DNA of 64,000 nucleotides from a bacterium. Its GTDB lineage: Bacteria; UBA8248. A program made the position numbers and the translations under genes. The notes below the pieces were generated by a model. It saw only the letters and a program-made list of their open reading frames with translations, was not told where the DNA came from and ran no database searches. The number at the start of each line of letters is the position of its first letter. Positions within the stretch are counted from its first letter, which is position 1. Shown here piece by piece: positions 40,914 to 49,491 of the stretch. The stretch is from assembly GCA_965202625.1 (NCBI GenBank), contig CBDBBI010000010.1:1824001-1888000 (forward strand), written 5' to 3'.

Positions 40914-41414
40914 ATGGCTTACGCGAAAATTGTCTTTGAAAATCCCAAGAATATGCCTCCCAAGAATATGTCTGGAATCAAAAAATATTTGTCTGGCCAA
41001 CACTATACGCGAAAAGCACCGGTTGGTTTTTCGTGGACAACACTCATGTTTTCATGGTTTGTGCCACTTCAGAGGCATAACTTCAAGTGGCTAGCAATCA
41101 TGTTTTTGTGTGGGTTTCCCGTTTCGATTGCAATATCTGCAAATATAACGGAATTTTCCACATATCCCCGATACATTGCATTCTTTATGATTTTTTTCAG
41201 TGTGATTTGCCGTCTTGTATTTCCTTTCATTTACAACAAAATCCATATCCAGGAATTGATCAAAAAGGGGTTTCGGGCAAAATCACTGCATATTTCATCT
41301 GCGTTGTTGTCTCCTAAAATAGATTCTTTGGATTCTCTTTCCACAAAATGGAATATGACAATTCCGCGCCTCGAAACCGAAAATACTGGAGAAGAATTTC
41401 CAGAAAAGGACTAA
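40914..41414 (+). CDS. DUF2628/HrgC-like membrane protein (IS passenger)
   Basis: AGGAG RBS; KAPVGFSWTT..F..F.PL.R..FKW and FPFIYNKIHIQELIKKGF. Confidence 0.75.
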   Translation: MAYAKIVFENPKNMPPKNMSGIKKYLSGQHYTRKAPVGFSWTTLMFSWFVPLQRHNFKWLAIMFLCGFPVSIAISANITEFSTYPRYIAFFMIFFSVICRLVFPFIYNKIHIQELIKKGFRAKSLHISSALLSPKIDSLDSLSTKWNMTIPRLETENTGEEFPEKD

Positions 41415-41417
41415 AAT

Positions 41418-41855
41418 GTGGAAGATCGCTCCAAGGAATTGATAGCTCTCAAAGCCAAGCTTAGCGACCGGGAATTTCATGTTCTGCAAAGCGAAATTGC
41501 TCGGCGGAAAAAATCCGTAAGTCTCACTTATGTTTTATGGTTTTTTCTTAGTGGTCTTGGCATCCACAAGTTTTACCTGGGCAAGATTTGGCAGGGGGTG
41601 CTTTATATAATTGCGCCAGCCATTGCCATCATATTTTTAGCCACGGGGTTTTTTATGAGTTTTGATCCATATGCAATAACCTCGTCCGAAGAATTGACGG
41701 AGGGCGAATTTATGATTGCGATAGGTTTTATGGGATTGATAGCCTATGGAATCTGTTGGTTCATAGACTTGTTCACCATTCAGAGTCAGGTGAACAGGTG
41801 CAATGAGGACATCGAAATTGAAACTGTTAAATCTCTTCTGGGAGCATCAAGATGA
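41418..41855 (+). CDS. TM2/NINE domain membrane protein (IS passenger)
   Basis: KKSVSLTYVLWFFLSGLGIHKFYLGK..QGVLY and WFIDLFTI..QV. Confidence 0.85.
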   Translation: MEDRSKELIALKAKLSDREFHVLQSEIARRKKSVSLTYVLWFFLSGLGIHKFYLGKIWQGVLYIIAPAIAIIFLATGFFMSFDPYAITSSEELTEGEFMIAIGFMGLIAYGICWFIDLFTIQSQVNRCNEDIEIETVKSLLGASR

Positions 41856-42172
41856 AATCTAATCGGAATCCCTCTTCTGCCAACCCCACTTACCATCATA
41901 TTCCGGCCAATATCGTTCACAGGCTGCTCGAATCGCTCGCCGCAGCTCTAGATACGATTTATCATCGTCCTCAAGAACTTTCCATTGAGGATGCAGTTCA
42001 TAACCTTCATCAGGTGATATTTGATGAAGTGGCCGTGGCGGGTCTGAGCGAAAATGAGAAAGCATTGTTTGATCAGTTGAAACAGCATTTTCTTTATCAG
42101 TGGGCAAAGCGTGAGAAGTTGCGTTCATTAAATTCTCCTAAAATAAGAAATAAAATTCAAAACTATTTATAA
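41852..42172 (+). CDS. Hypothetical protein (IS passenger)
   Basis: ATGA overlap with the TM2 gene; no family recognised. Confidence 0.55.
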   Translation: MKSNRNPSSANPTYHHIPANIVHRLLESLAAALDTIYHRPQELSIEDAVHNLHQVIFDEVAVAGLSENEKALFDQLKQHFLYQWAKREKLRSLNSPKIRNKIQNYL

Positions 42173-42184
42173 AGGAAATCAGAT

Positions 42185-42715
42185 ATGTTTAAGAAAATTA
42201 AATCAATTTCATTGACAGCAATTCTTTTTTGTTTTTTCTGTTTTTCAAATGTTGGCTTGTCATACGGAAAGGAGGTTGATTCTTTTCAGCAAATTATGAA
42301 TTATCTGTTCATTGGTAATGCGCTTGATGATGGTAAAGTAGACAATCTTTATTACGCAAAAATTTTTGATCGTGAGAAATGTATAGCTGGCTGGGAAGAT
42401 TCCGCAGGCGGATTTCTGAAAATATATTGGAACAACATAGACATAGATTCAATTAAATCTCAAGACAAATTCGCTGATGGCGTCTGGATGAAATACATAT
42501 TATTTTCTGGACATCCTGTTGTGGCGGAAGTTGAACTAAAGAATTTCTTTGTTATTATGGGTCTTGCAGCTAAAGGCGTTGCTACAGGAAAATACTCATT
42601 TATATCTATTCCTCTTGGACAACCTGAAACGCGTGATGATGAGCGTATGGCAAAAGCGATTCAGTTGCTGTATTCAAAACATTGCACTGGACTAAAGACA
42701 AAGATGGCATTTTGA
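42185..42715 (+). CDS. Hypothetical exported protein (IS passenger)
   Basis: AAGGA RBS; signal peptide MFKKIKSISLTAILFCFFCFSNVGLSYG. Confidence 0.7.
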   Translation: MFKKIKSISLTAILFCFFCFSNVGLSYGKEVDSFQQIMNYLFIGNALDDGKVDNLYYAKIFDREKCIAGWEDSAGGFLKIYWNNIDIDSIKSQDKFADGVWMKYILFSGHPVVAEVELKNFFVIMGLAAKGVATGKYSFISIPLGQPETRDDERMAKAIQLLYSKHCTGLKTKMAF

Positions 42716-42775
42716 TTGGGGGATGAAAATAAATGGAAACCCCAGCAGAAACTCCATCAGTAACAAATTGTGGAT

Positions 42776-42952
42776 TTATTTCGGCTTGTCCGTATGACGT
42801 ATCTGCACTGGACGCAATAAACGTTCCACCGCTTCATCCAGGCTCATTTCTTCCAACGTAAATTCTTCTTCTTTTTCGGCCTTGGAAGGCTGATACGTCG
42901 ATTTTGCGATTTCAATCACCGGTAATTTTTGTTGCGTCTTTTTCTTCGGCAT
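42776..42952 (-). CDS. 58-aa ORF coupled to the IS1595 transposase
   Basis: MPKKKTQQKLPVIEIAKSTYQPSKAEKEEEFTLEEMSLDEAVERLLRPVQIRHTDKPK; ATG 1 nt after the transposase stop; below the ORF-track length cutoff. Confidence 0.6.
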   Translation of the reverse strand: MPKKKTQQKLPVIEIAKSTYQPSKAEKEEEFTLEEMSLDEAVERLLRPVQIRHTDKPK

Positions 42953-42953
42953 T

Positions 42954-43892
42954 TTAGGCTACCAAATCCTTATACTTGAGCCGTTTCCCGTCCATTCCAT
43001 TCACCATTTTCTCCATCTGGTCAATAGTATCAAGAGGCCGAATGTTATGCCTACCGGAAAACTCATCAACATATTTCTGTAAATGCTTATGGCTCATTCG
43101 ATGATAGGTTCCATGAAATCCCTTTTTGAACATGGCCCAGAATGACTCCACGCCGTTGATGTGCGCCTGCTCGTTCACCCACTCTCCAAGGCCATGACTT
43201 ACGGCCTTGTGATTCTTGAGTCCTTTGTATGACTTGTGCTCGTCTGTATATTTAAGGGCGTTTCCATCCACATTCTCATTCACGAAATCATGTAGCGTTT
43301 CCTGCTTGGTGTCATCTACCACCTTGGCTCGAATCCGATTGGTGCTTCTATCCTTGATACCCACCACGGGAGCCTTTCCCACTGCGCCCCGCCCTTTGTT
43401 TTGTTTCTTGTCCTTGCGTTTGTTCTTTTCGAGTCCGCCCACATACGTCTCGTCTATTTCCACGGGGCCGTTGAAAAAATCTCCGTGAGCTTCAAATACC
43501 TTGCGAATCCGATGGGTCAAGTGCCAAGCGGATTTTTGACTGATTCCCAAGTCTCTATGGAGTTTCATACTGGAAACGCCCTTGAGATTGGTGATGCAGA
43601 AATAGAGTGCCAGCGCCCATACCTGAAAACCAAGATTTGAAGATTCCATGATGGTTTTGGTTCGGACGCTGAATCTTTTTCTGCATTCTTTCTCGCGGCA
43701 ACGAAAAGGCATGGTTTTGTGTTTTGCGCCTATGAGCACGTTCAGGGAACCGCAATAGGGACAACACACGCCCACTGGCCACCTCTTCTCGATAAACCAT
43801 TTCTCGGCGGCCTCATCATCAGGAAACATTCGCAAGGCATCCATGATACTCAATCCCTTTCTGAATGCCTTGCCGGGAGCTTTCTTTGCCAT
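42954..43892 (-). CDS. IS1595-family (ISXO2-like) DDE transposase
   Basis: Zn ribbon CPYCGS..CREKEC; HTH LHRDLGISQKSAW; VEIDETYVGG, YTDE and HINGVESFWA; YVDEFSGRHN; GAGGAG RBS before ATG 43892. Confidence 0.95.
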   Translation of the reverse strand: MAKKAPGKAFRKGLSIMDALRMFPDDEAAEKWFIEKRWPVGVCCPYCGSLNVLIGAKHKTMPFRCREKECRKRFSVRTKTIMESSNLGFQVWALALYFCITNLKGVSSMKLHRDLGISQKSAWHLTHRIRKVFEAHGDFFNGPVEIDETYVGGLEKNKRKDKKQNKGRGAVGKAPVVGIKDRSTNRIRAKVVDDTKQETLHDFVNENVDGNALKYTDEHKSYKGLKNHKAVSHGLGEWVNEQAHINGVESFWAMFKKGFHGTYHRMSHKHLQKYVDEFSGRHNIRPLDTIDQMEKMVNGMDGKRLKYKDLVA

Positions 43893-43932
43893 TGATTTCT
43901 CCTCATGTTTTCTCTTGTCATTCAATGGCAAA

Positions 43933-43961
43933 ATTATACTAAATAGTGCCCAAATTGTCAA
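43933..43961 (-). promoter_or_regulatory. Consensus sigma70 promoter of the transposase, containing a TIR-like operator
   Basis: Minus strand reads TTGACA-atttgggcactatttag(17)-TATAAT. Confidence 0.8.
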
Positions 43962-44014
43962 GCGTTATATTTTGGGTGTGATTGCATTCATGGGCACTAT
44001 TGTTTATAAGTCCC

Positions 44015-44840
44015 TAAAAAATCCAAAAAAAACAAGAGCAAAAACAAAATGGAGAGCCTGTTTATCGGAATCACCTCTACGAGCCTCCCGCGTTGTATGG
44101 CGAGCCAGAAGCTGTATGCCGAGATGATGTTGAAAAATCCTCCGACGAGCATCCACCAGACGCTCTTCTTACTCCATGTTCTGGGGTTGAGTTCATGGTT
44201 TTTGACGAACGGTATCGAGCCAAGTTGAAGGAGCGCGCCCGTGAGTGCTGTGGCGCAGATGCCGAAGGCGGGAGAGGGTATCGTCTGAAACGCGATCTTG
44301 CGAAGCGGCGGTGCGAAGGAGAAGAAAAAGGCCGCCAAAATCGGCATGAAGATAATGCCAGAATGGGGTCGCGCGACACGCCCCTGCGCCTCTCTCCTGA
44401 ACCAGCGGTATCGCCCCAAAGACGACGGCGAAAGTCCCCAGCGCAACGGGGAAGGTGATGGTCTCGCCAAGCAGGAGCACGGCCAGCAGCGCGCTCCACA
44501 TCGGATGGACTTGCAGCATGATTTGAGAGCGCGCCATTCCGATGAGCGCGGCTGATATAAAATTCAGGTTTCTCGATAAAAAATGAGAGCAAAATCCGGC
44601 CATCACGAACCAGAAAATCCCCGCTAGGGGCCATTTTTCGAGACCCGCGCCCGCCATATAAATGGCTGCGGCGTATGTCGTCAGCGTCAGGTTGCTCGCG
44701 AAGGTGAGCGCCTTTGGGCCCATCCATTGAAGAGCGCCGCGATAGACCGTTTGCGCCGCGGCCAGAAAAACGCCGGACAGGAACGACAACAACACGGGAG
44801 GGAGCGATTCGATCAAGGGCAATCCAGGAAGTCTAGAGGG
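44015..44840 (-). pseudogene. EamA/DMT transporter, frameshifted and interrupted by the IS (tail at 40511-40604)
   Basis: Overlapping EamA fragments in ORFs 44193-44885 and 43997-44470; coding sense resumes left of the IS (IFYQNLDRVNLRVLV...LTVILGG*). Confidence 0.8.
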
Positions 44841-44969
44841 TGAAATGAACTGACAGGTGCGCATTATGACATGAGAAACCCCCACCCGAAATCAGTGCGC
44901 TTGCCCATGAGAGAGTGTCTTGTGATACATTTCTCCTCTCTTCCCCGCTTCCATTAGAGGACGAGGAAA

Positions 44970-45644
44970 ATGTCGTGCGACGCTTCAATGCCCGCCATGG
45001 AAATCTTTCCCAAATACGCCCTTTTGCCCGAAATGTATGCACAGGAAATGGAGGGATTGACGCCAGAACAGATCGACGCGAGACAATCCGGCAAAACTTG
45101 GGGACTGTGGTCGATACGCGAGCAGGTCAGCCACATAGGATACGTGAACTACAGGTGGTTTCTGCAAATATGGGGGAAATCCCTATTCGGGGAGGATTCG
45201 CCGAGGCCGGAATCCCTCTATCATACGGGCGGTGCGGATCGCCTTCTTGACCCCAAGCGATTTTATGAGATGGACGATTTGCTCGCGGCTTATGAGGATG
45301 GCTGCCGCCTGGCCCTGAACATTCTGAAACGCGAAACCGCCGAATCGTTGCGGGCGAGAACCAAAACTAGGGAAATCCCCCGAAGCTACGTATGGCCCTC
45401 GGGGGACAAATATATCGATTGGATTCAGGGCGTGGTGCTGAAAACCCACCCCGGCGGCTTCTGGCGGGACGAGAGCCAAGAGAATCTCTTTCATTACACC
45501 CTGGAGTGGACTTTTCGTCACGCGCTCTGGGAAGGATTCGCCCACCTCAAAACCATTCAGGCACACAAACGCATCCAGGGGATCAAAACGAAAATAGCGC
45601 TGGATGAGCGCATAGGCTACCTCGCCGCGCTCACCTGGGAGTGA
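44970..45644 (+). CDS. DinB/YfiT-like putative metalloenzyme
   Basis: WSIREQVSHI and C-terminal H...E..H (RHALWEGFAHL); GAGGA RBS. Confidence 0.65.
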   Translation: MSCDASMPAMEIFPKYALLPEMYAQEMEGLTPEQIDARQSGKTWGLWSIREQVSHIGYVNYRWFLQIWGKSLFGEDSPRPESLYHTGGADRLLDPKRFYEMDDLLAAYEDGCRLALNILKRETAESLRARTKTREIPRSYVWPSGDKYIDWIQGVVLKTHPGGFWRDESQENLFHYTLEWTFRHALWEGFAHLKTIQAHKRIQGIKTKIALDERIGYLAALTWE

Positions 45645-45692
45645 GCACCCACTCAATCAGGCTCTCAGGCGCGTCATCGACCGAGAACAAAT

Positions 45693-46110
45693 TCAGACTC
45701 TCCTCTGAGACGAAACCCTCTGGGCGCGCATGGTGCAAAAATTCCAGCAAAGAATCATAATAGCCACAAGTGTTGAGCAGGCCGACCGGCTGGTTGTGAT
45801 ATCCCAAATGAAGCCAGGTGATTCATCTCCATGGTCTCCTCCAACGTGCCAAGCCCCCCCTGGCGAGGCGATGAATCCATCGGCCAGCTCCGTCATCAGC
45901 GCCTTTCTGTCGTGCATCGTGCACACCACGCACAGGCGGGCAACCCCCTGAACGGCGTCGGCCAAAACACCCATGAGTCCCACTCCACCCGCACCATAGA
46001 CCACGCCGACGCCATGCGCCCACAAAGCATGACCCAGGTTCCGCGTCGCCTCGCTGTATTCAGGCCGAACCCCCTTTGACGAACCTGCGAAAACGCATAT
46101 CCATTTCAAG
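45693..46110 (-). pseudogene. LOG family (TIGR00730) nucleotide phosphoribohydrolase with deletions/frameshift
   Basis: ICVFAGSS, VYGAGGVGLMG.LADAV and MHDRKALM.ELADGFIA.PGG; central segment missing; frame lost after PGG. Confidence 0.8.
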
Positions 46111-46230
46111 GATATCACCTCCCTCCGGAATCGGCGCGCCGTCTGGGCGTAGACGTTCACCGGGTTTCACCTTTCACTCTCAGCGCCCGTTGGCGTCTCC
46201 TATACCATTGCGGATACGCTCTCGCTCACC

Positions 46231-46975
46231 ATGAAATCCTCATCTGGAATATCATGTACTGTTGTGGACGTCGCGCGTCCGACATTGTGAGGCGGCATCC
46301 GCTGAGAAATGCTGAATGTTACGATATCAACGGAGTTTCAAGGGACCCCGCCGAGCCAGACCCTTGTCGCCCGCATTGAGGAGATGGGGTTGTCCCACCA
46401 AATGACGACGACGTTCACGATCCAGCCAGCCAGAAACCCTCTGATCCTCGCCTCCTACTGGCCGCCCGAACCGGAAGAGCGACGCCTGATCGTCTACGTT
46501 CGCGCCCGCGCCCATCACCCCCATCGCCGCCGTTCCGTACCCAATCGGGCGAGGGGAAGCAAATATCCCTTTCTGGCGGCGCTTTGTGAGCTGGCGATCC
46601 GCTGGGGGGAAGGAGATAACTTGTTGGCGGGCGACCACAACACCGGGCGCATCAGCGAGGACGAGAGCGTAAAGTGTTTCCATCACTTTGAAGATAGATT
46701 TATGATGGCCATGGCAGAGGCGGGTTGGGTGGATGCGTACCACACCGCTTACAGCCAAAAGCGTGCATAAATCTGGCGGGCGCCCGGCGGGGGAGGACGC
46801 TTCCGGCTGGATCACACCTTCGTCAACCGTCACGCGCAAAACAGGCTCATCATCATGCGCATCGACTGGATGAGAAGAAGTCCGAGGCCGCTGAGCTACC
46901 ACGTGCCCCTGTGGATCACGCTGAAGGATGAATTCGAGAACGGCAAGGAAAATGCGGCGCAAGCGTTCATCCGCT
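46231..46975 (+). pseudogene. Endonuclease/exonuclease/phosphatase (ExoIII-like) pseudogene
   Basis: ILIWNI, LLAGDHNTG, GWVDAY, then a stop, then RFRLDHTFV and LSYHVPL in broken frames. Confidence 0.7.
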
Positions 46976-47809
46976 AGAGAACAGAACCACAGAGCCTGCG
47001 GCGAGGACGACGCCCGTCCCTTTCCTCAGCGTGAGTCTCTCCTTCAAGAAGATGATCGCGAGCACGCCGGTCAACACGAAACTCAGCTGCGCGATGGGCG
47101 CCACGACGACCGCGTCACCATAGGTGAATCCCACGGCGATGGCCACGTAGCTCGAAGAGGTAAGCACGCCGCACACGAAGGGCAACCAAAGCGCTACGCC
47201 GCGTCTGGGCAATGGGTCCTTTTGGGCAAGCGCGAAGGGCACGGCCATGCAGGTGACGCCCACACTTTGAACGGACGTCATCATGGCGGGCTTAGCGCCC
47301 ATCCCGAGTCCCAGCTTATACAAAAACCCGATAACGCCGAACATGCACATGGCCACAATCGCAAGGGCGACGGATCGTTTGTCAGCCACGGACGCCATCA
47401 CGCCGCTTCCGGTCGCCATCACGGCGCAGGCGGCCAGAATGAGAGCAAGACATTGAAGAAAATTGACGCTCTCGCCCAGAAAAAATACCGTAAGAATGGC
47501 AGTCACCGCGAAATTCAGCCGGACAATCGGCACGAGCGCTACAGCCTCCCCTCGCCGCAGGGCGAGCAGGACGCACAAAAATGCTGTGAACGCCAAAATT
47601 CCGTTGATGAACCCGAAAACGAGCCCCTGGGTCCAGAGCAGTTCCCCGCGATACCAGGCCAGCCCGAACGCGTTCGGCAGATAGGCCATGTTTTGCAGAA
47701 ACATGAAGGGCGCGCCGCGCAACTCCCACTGCTGGCCCCATTTATAGAGAAAGTCATTGACGCCAAGAAAACAAAGCGAGATGAGCGCGAAGACGACTTC
47801 GGGCGGCAT
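46967..47809 (-). CDS. EamA/DMT family transporter
   Basis: Two EamA repeats (LVPIVRLNF..FLGE; VAPIAQLSF..FLKERLT). Confidence 0.88.
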   Translation of the reverse strand: MPPEVVFALISLCFLGVNDFLYKWGQQWELRGAPFMFLQNMAYLPNAFGLAWYRGELLWTQGLVFGFINGILAFTAFLCVLLALRRGEAVALVPIVRLNFAVTAILTVFFLGESVNFLQCLALILAACAVMATGSGVMASVADKRSVALAIVAMCMFGVIGFLYKLGLGMGAKPAMMTSVQSVGVTCMAVPFALAQKDPLPRRGVALWLPFVCGVLTSSSYVAIAVGFTYGDAVVVAPIAQLSFVLTGVLAIIFLKERLTLRKGTGVVLAAGSVVLFSSG

Positions 47810-48292
47810 ACGGAACTCCTCGCGCGGATATCCCTGCCCGCCGCGCACGCCTTGGCTGAAGGGGGAGAGAAGATCGCCCTCAATTCAGGAAAGCTCCAAA
47901 GGGCGCGGGCGCGAAAACAGAGGCAGGTTAAGACTCTCGTCAGCGCGTGTCAAAGAGAGGAAGCGGAGAATCCATCCGTCTCATGGGATGCCGAATGAGG
48001 CGCTGGCGAGCAGCTGGTTACCGCCTCGCCGTAGTCTATAAAAGCGCTTGCGGAGTCATGGCCGCTCCCCCACGCAAAAAAAAGCACCACTCCTCCCGCC
48101 CCCTTCGCGAAACGTGTTCCCAAAATACGCGCTAAGAGGACGAGGAAGCCAGCCTATGCTTTCTCGGGCGACTCAGATGGCCCTCACTGGCAGGGCATAA
48201 AACATGGTATCTTTGTAGCCGCGGAATTCAGAGGACTCCGTCGTCATCCGAAAACCCTCTTGTTTTTCCCATCACTTTCCAGGAGGTGGGGC

Positions 48293-48757
48293 TTGGGCCG
48301 CGAATATCCGCTTCGCCCCATCGTCGGCGTAGGGGCCGTCGTCGTCGAAGATGAAAAAGTTCTCATCGTCCGCCGAGGGCGACCCCCCCAAATGGGCGCC
48401 TGGAGCATTCCGGGCGGGGGCGTCCGGCTAGGGGAGGAACTTGAGTGCGCCTGTATGCGAGAGGTAAGGGAGGAGACGGGACTGAAGGTCGATATCGTCT
48501 CCGAAGGGCGGGTTTTGAACCGCATCACCCGGGACGAATGGGGACGCGCGCGATTCCATTACGTGCTCATTGATTACGTGTGTCGCCCTGCCGGGGGCGT
48601 CCTTCGGGCAGCAAGCGACGTCTCGGAGGCGAAGTGGCTCCCCTTAAACGAGATATCCGCCTTGCGTCCGATGACAAGCGGAACGGCAGAGTTCATACTA
48701 GAGTCGGTCGCCGCGCTCGACGAATCATCTCATCAGGAAAGACGAGAGCACACATGA
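48293..48757 (+). CDS. NUDIX hydrolase
   Basis: Nudix box GGGVRLGEELECACMREVREETGL; AGGAGG RBS. Confidence 0.92.
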   Translation: MGREYPLRPIVGVGAVVVEDEKVLIVRRGRPPQMGAWSIPGGGVRLGEELECACMREVREETGLKVDIVSEGRVLNRITRDEWGRARFHYVLIDYVCRPAGGVLRAASDVSEAKWLPLNEISALRPMTSGTAEFILESVAALDESSHQERREHT

Positions 48758-49491
48758 ACGATGGCGGAGAAAAGCGCTTCTCGAACGAGCGCCTCGCAGC
48801 CTTGTTCCTGCGCCTCGCCACGCGCGAGCTCAAAACCTCCGCCTCCCATCTCAAAAGAAGGTTCCGCGTCTTCGTCGAGGAGTCGGACCCCTGGAAGGCG
48901 CGCGAGGAGATTGAATCCTTATCCGGAACCATTCATCGCCTCAGTCGCCTCATCGAAACGCTCTCGGATACGGCCGACATCGAGTCCCAGCGCGTAAGTC
49001 TCGAGAACGCCGAGATCAACCTCGCCCATCTATTCAGCGAACGCATCAGCAAACGGCTCTGGCGTTTTCCGTCCTATCGGTTTCTGCCCGAGATGCCGTC
49101 CCGACTTGAAACGTGGGGCGACAAGCGGAGGCTCGCCTCCCTCATCGACGATTTACTCGACGCGGCCATTCACGTCGCGCCCGACGGCGGCATCATCCAC
49201 GCGCTCCTCACGAAGGAAAACGGGCAGGTCGTTCTGTCCACCCACAATCGCGACGCCAAGATACCAACATCTCGCTTCGAGTCGTTCATCGACTGGATGG
49301 AGGAAGACGTAGAGAATCCAGAAGCACTTCGGGGAATCTCCATCAGTCTCTACCGCAGCTACCGCGCCGCCCGCATGCTGGGCGGGCGTCTGGAGCTCAT
49401 GGCCCCGCCCGAGGGCGGCGCGGCGTTCACCGTCAAGCTTCCGGACGGCGAATCGCCGCATCCCCCGCCTTCAGGGAGTCCGCCCGCATGA
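48754..49491 (+). CDS. Histidine-kinase-like protein with degenerate H, N, G1 and G2 boxes
   Basis: HisKA/HATPase layout, but ATRELKTSA, LIDDLLDAA, THNRDAKIP and RGISISL replace the canonical motifs; GGAAFTVKLP retained. Confidence 0.75.
   Translation: MNDGGEKRFSNERLAALFLRLATRELKTSASHLKRRFRVFVEESDPWKAREEIESLSGTIHRLSRLIETLSDTADIESQRVSLENAEINLAHLFSERISKRLWRFPSYRFLPEMPSRLETWGDKRRLASLIDDLLDAAIHVAPDGGIIHALLTKENGQVVLSTHNRDAKIPTSRFESFIDWMEEDVENPEALRGISISLYRSYRAARMLGGRLELMAPPEGGAAFTVKLPDGESPHPPPSGSPPA

Larger units (their letters stand above)
40605..44014. mobile_element. IS1595-family transporter IS (tIS) with passenger genes, 3410 bp
   Basis: TIRs GGGAATTATATACTATAGTGCCC (40605-40627) and GGGACTTATAAACAATAGTGCCC (reverse complement of 43992-44014), 20/23 identical; perfect 8-bp TSD TAAAAAAT at 40597-40604 and 44015-44022; interrupts an EamA gene. 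Confidence 0.93.
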
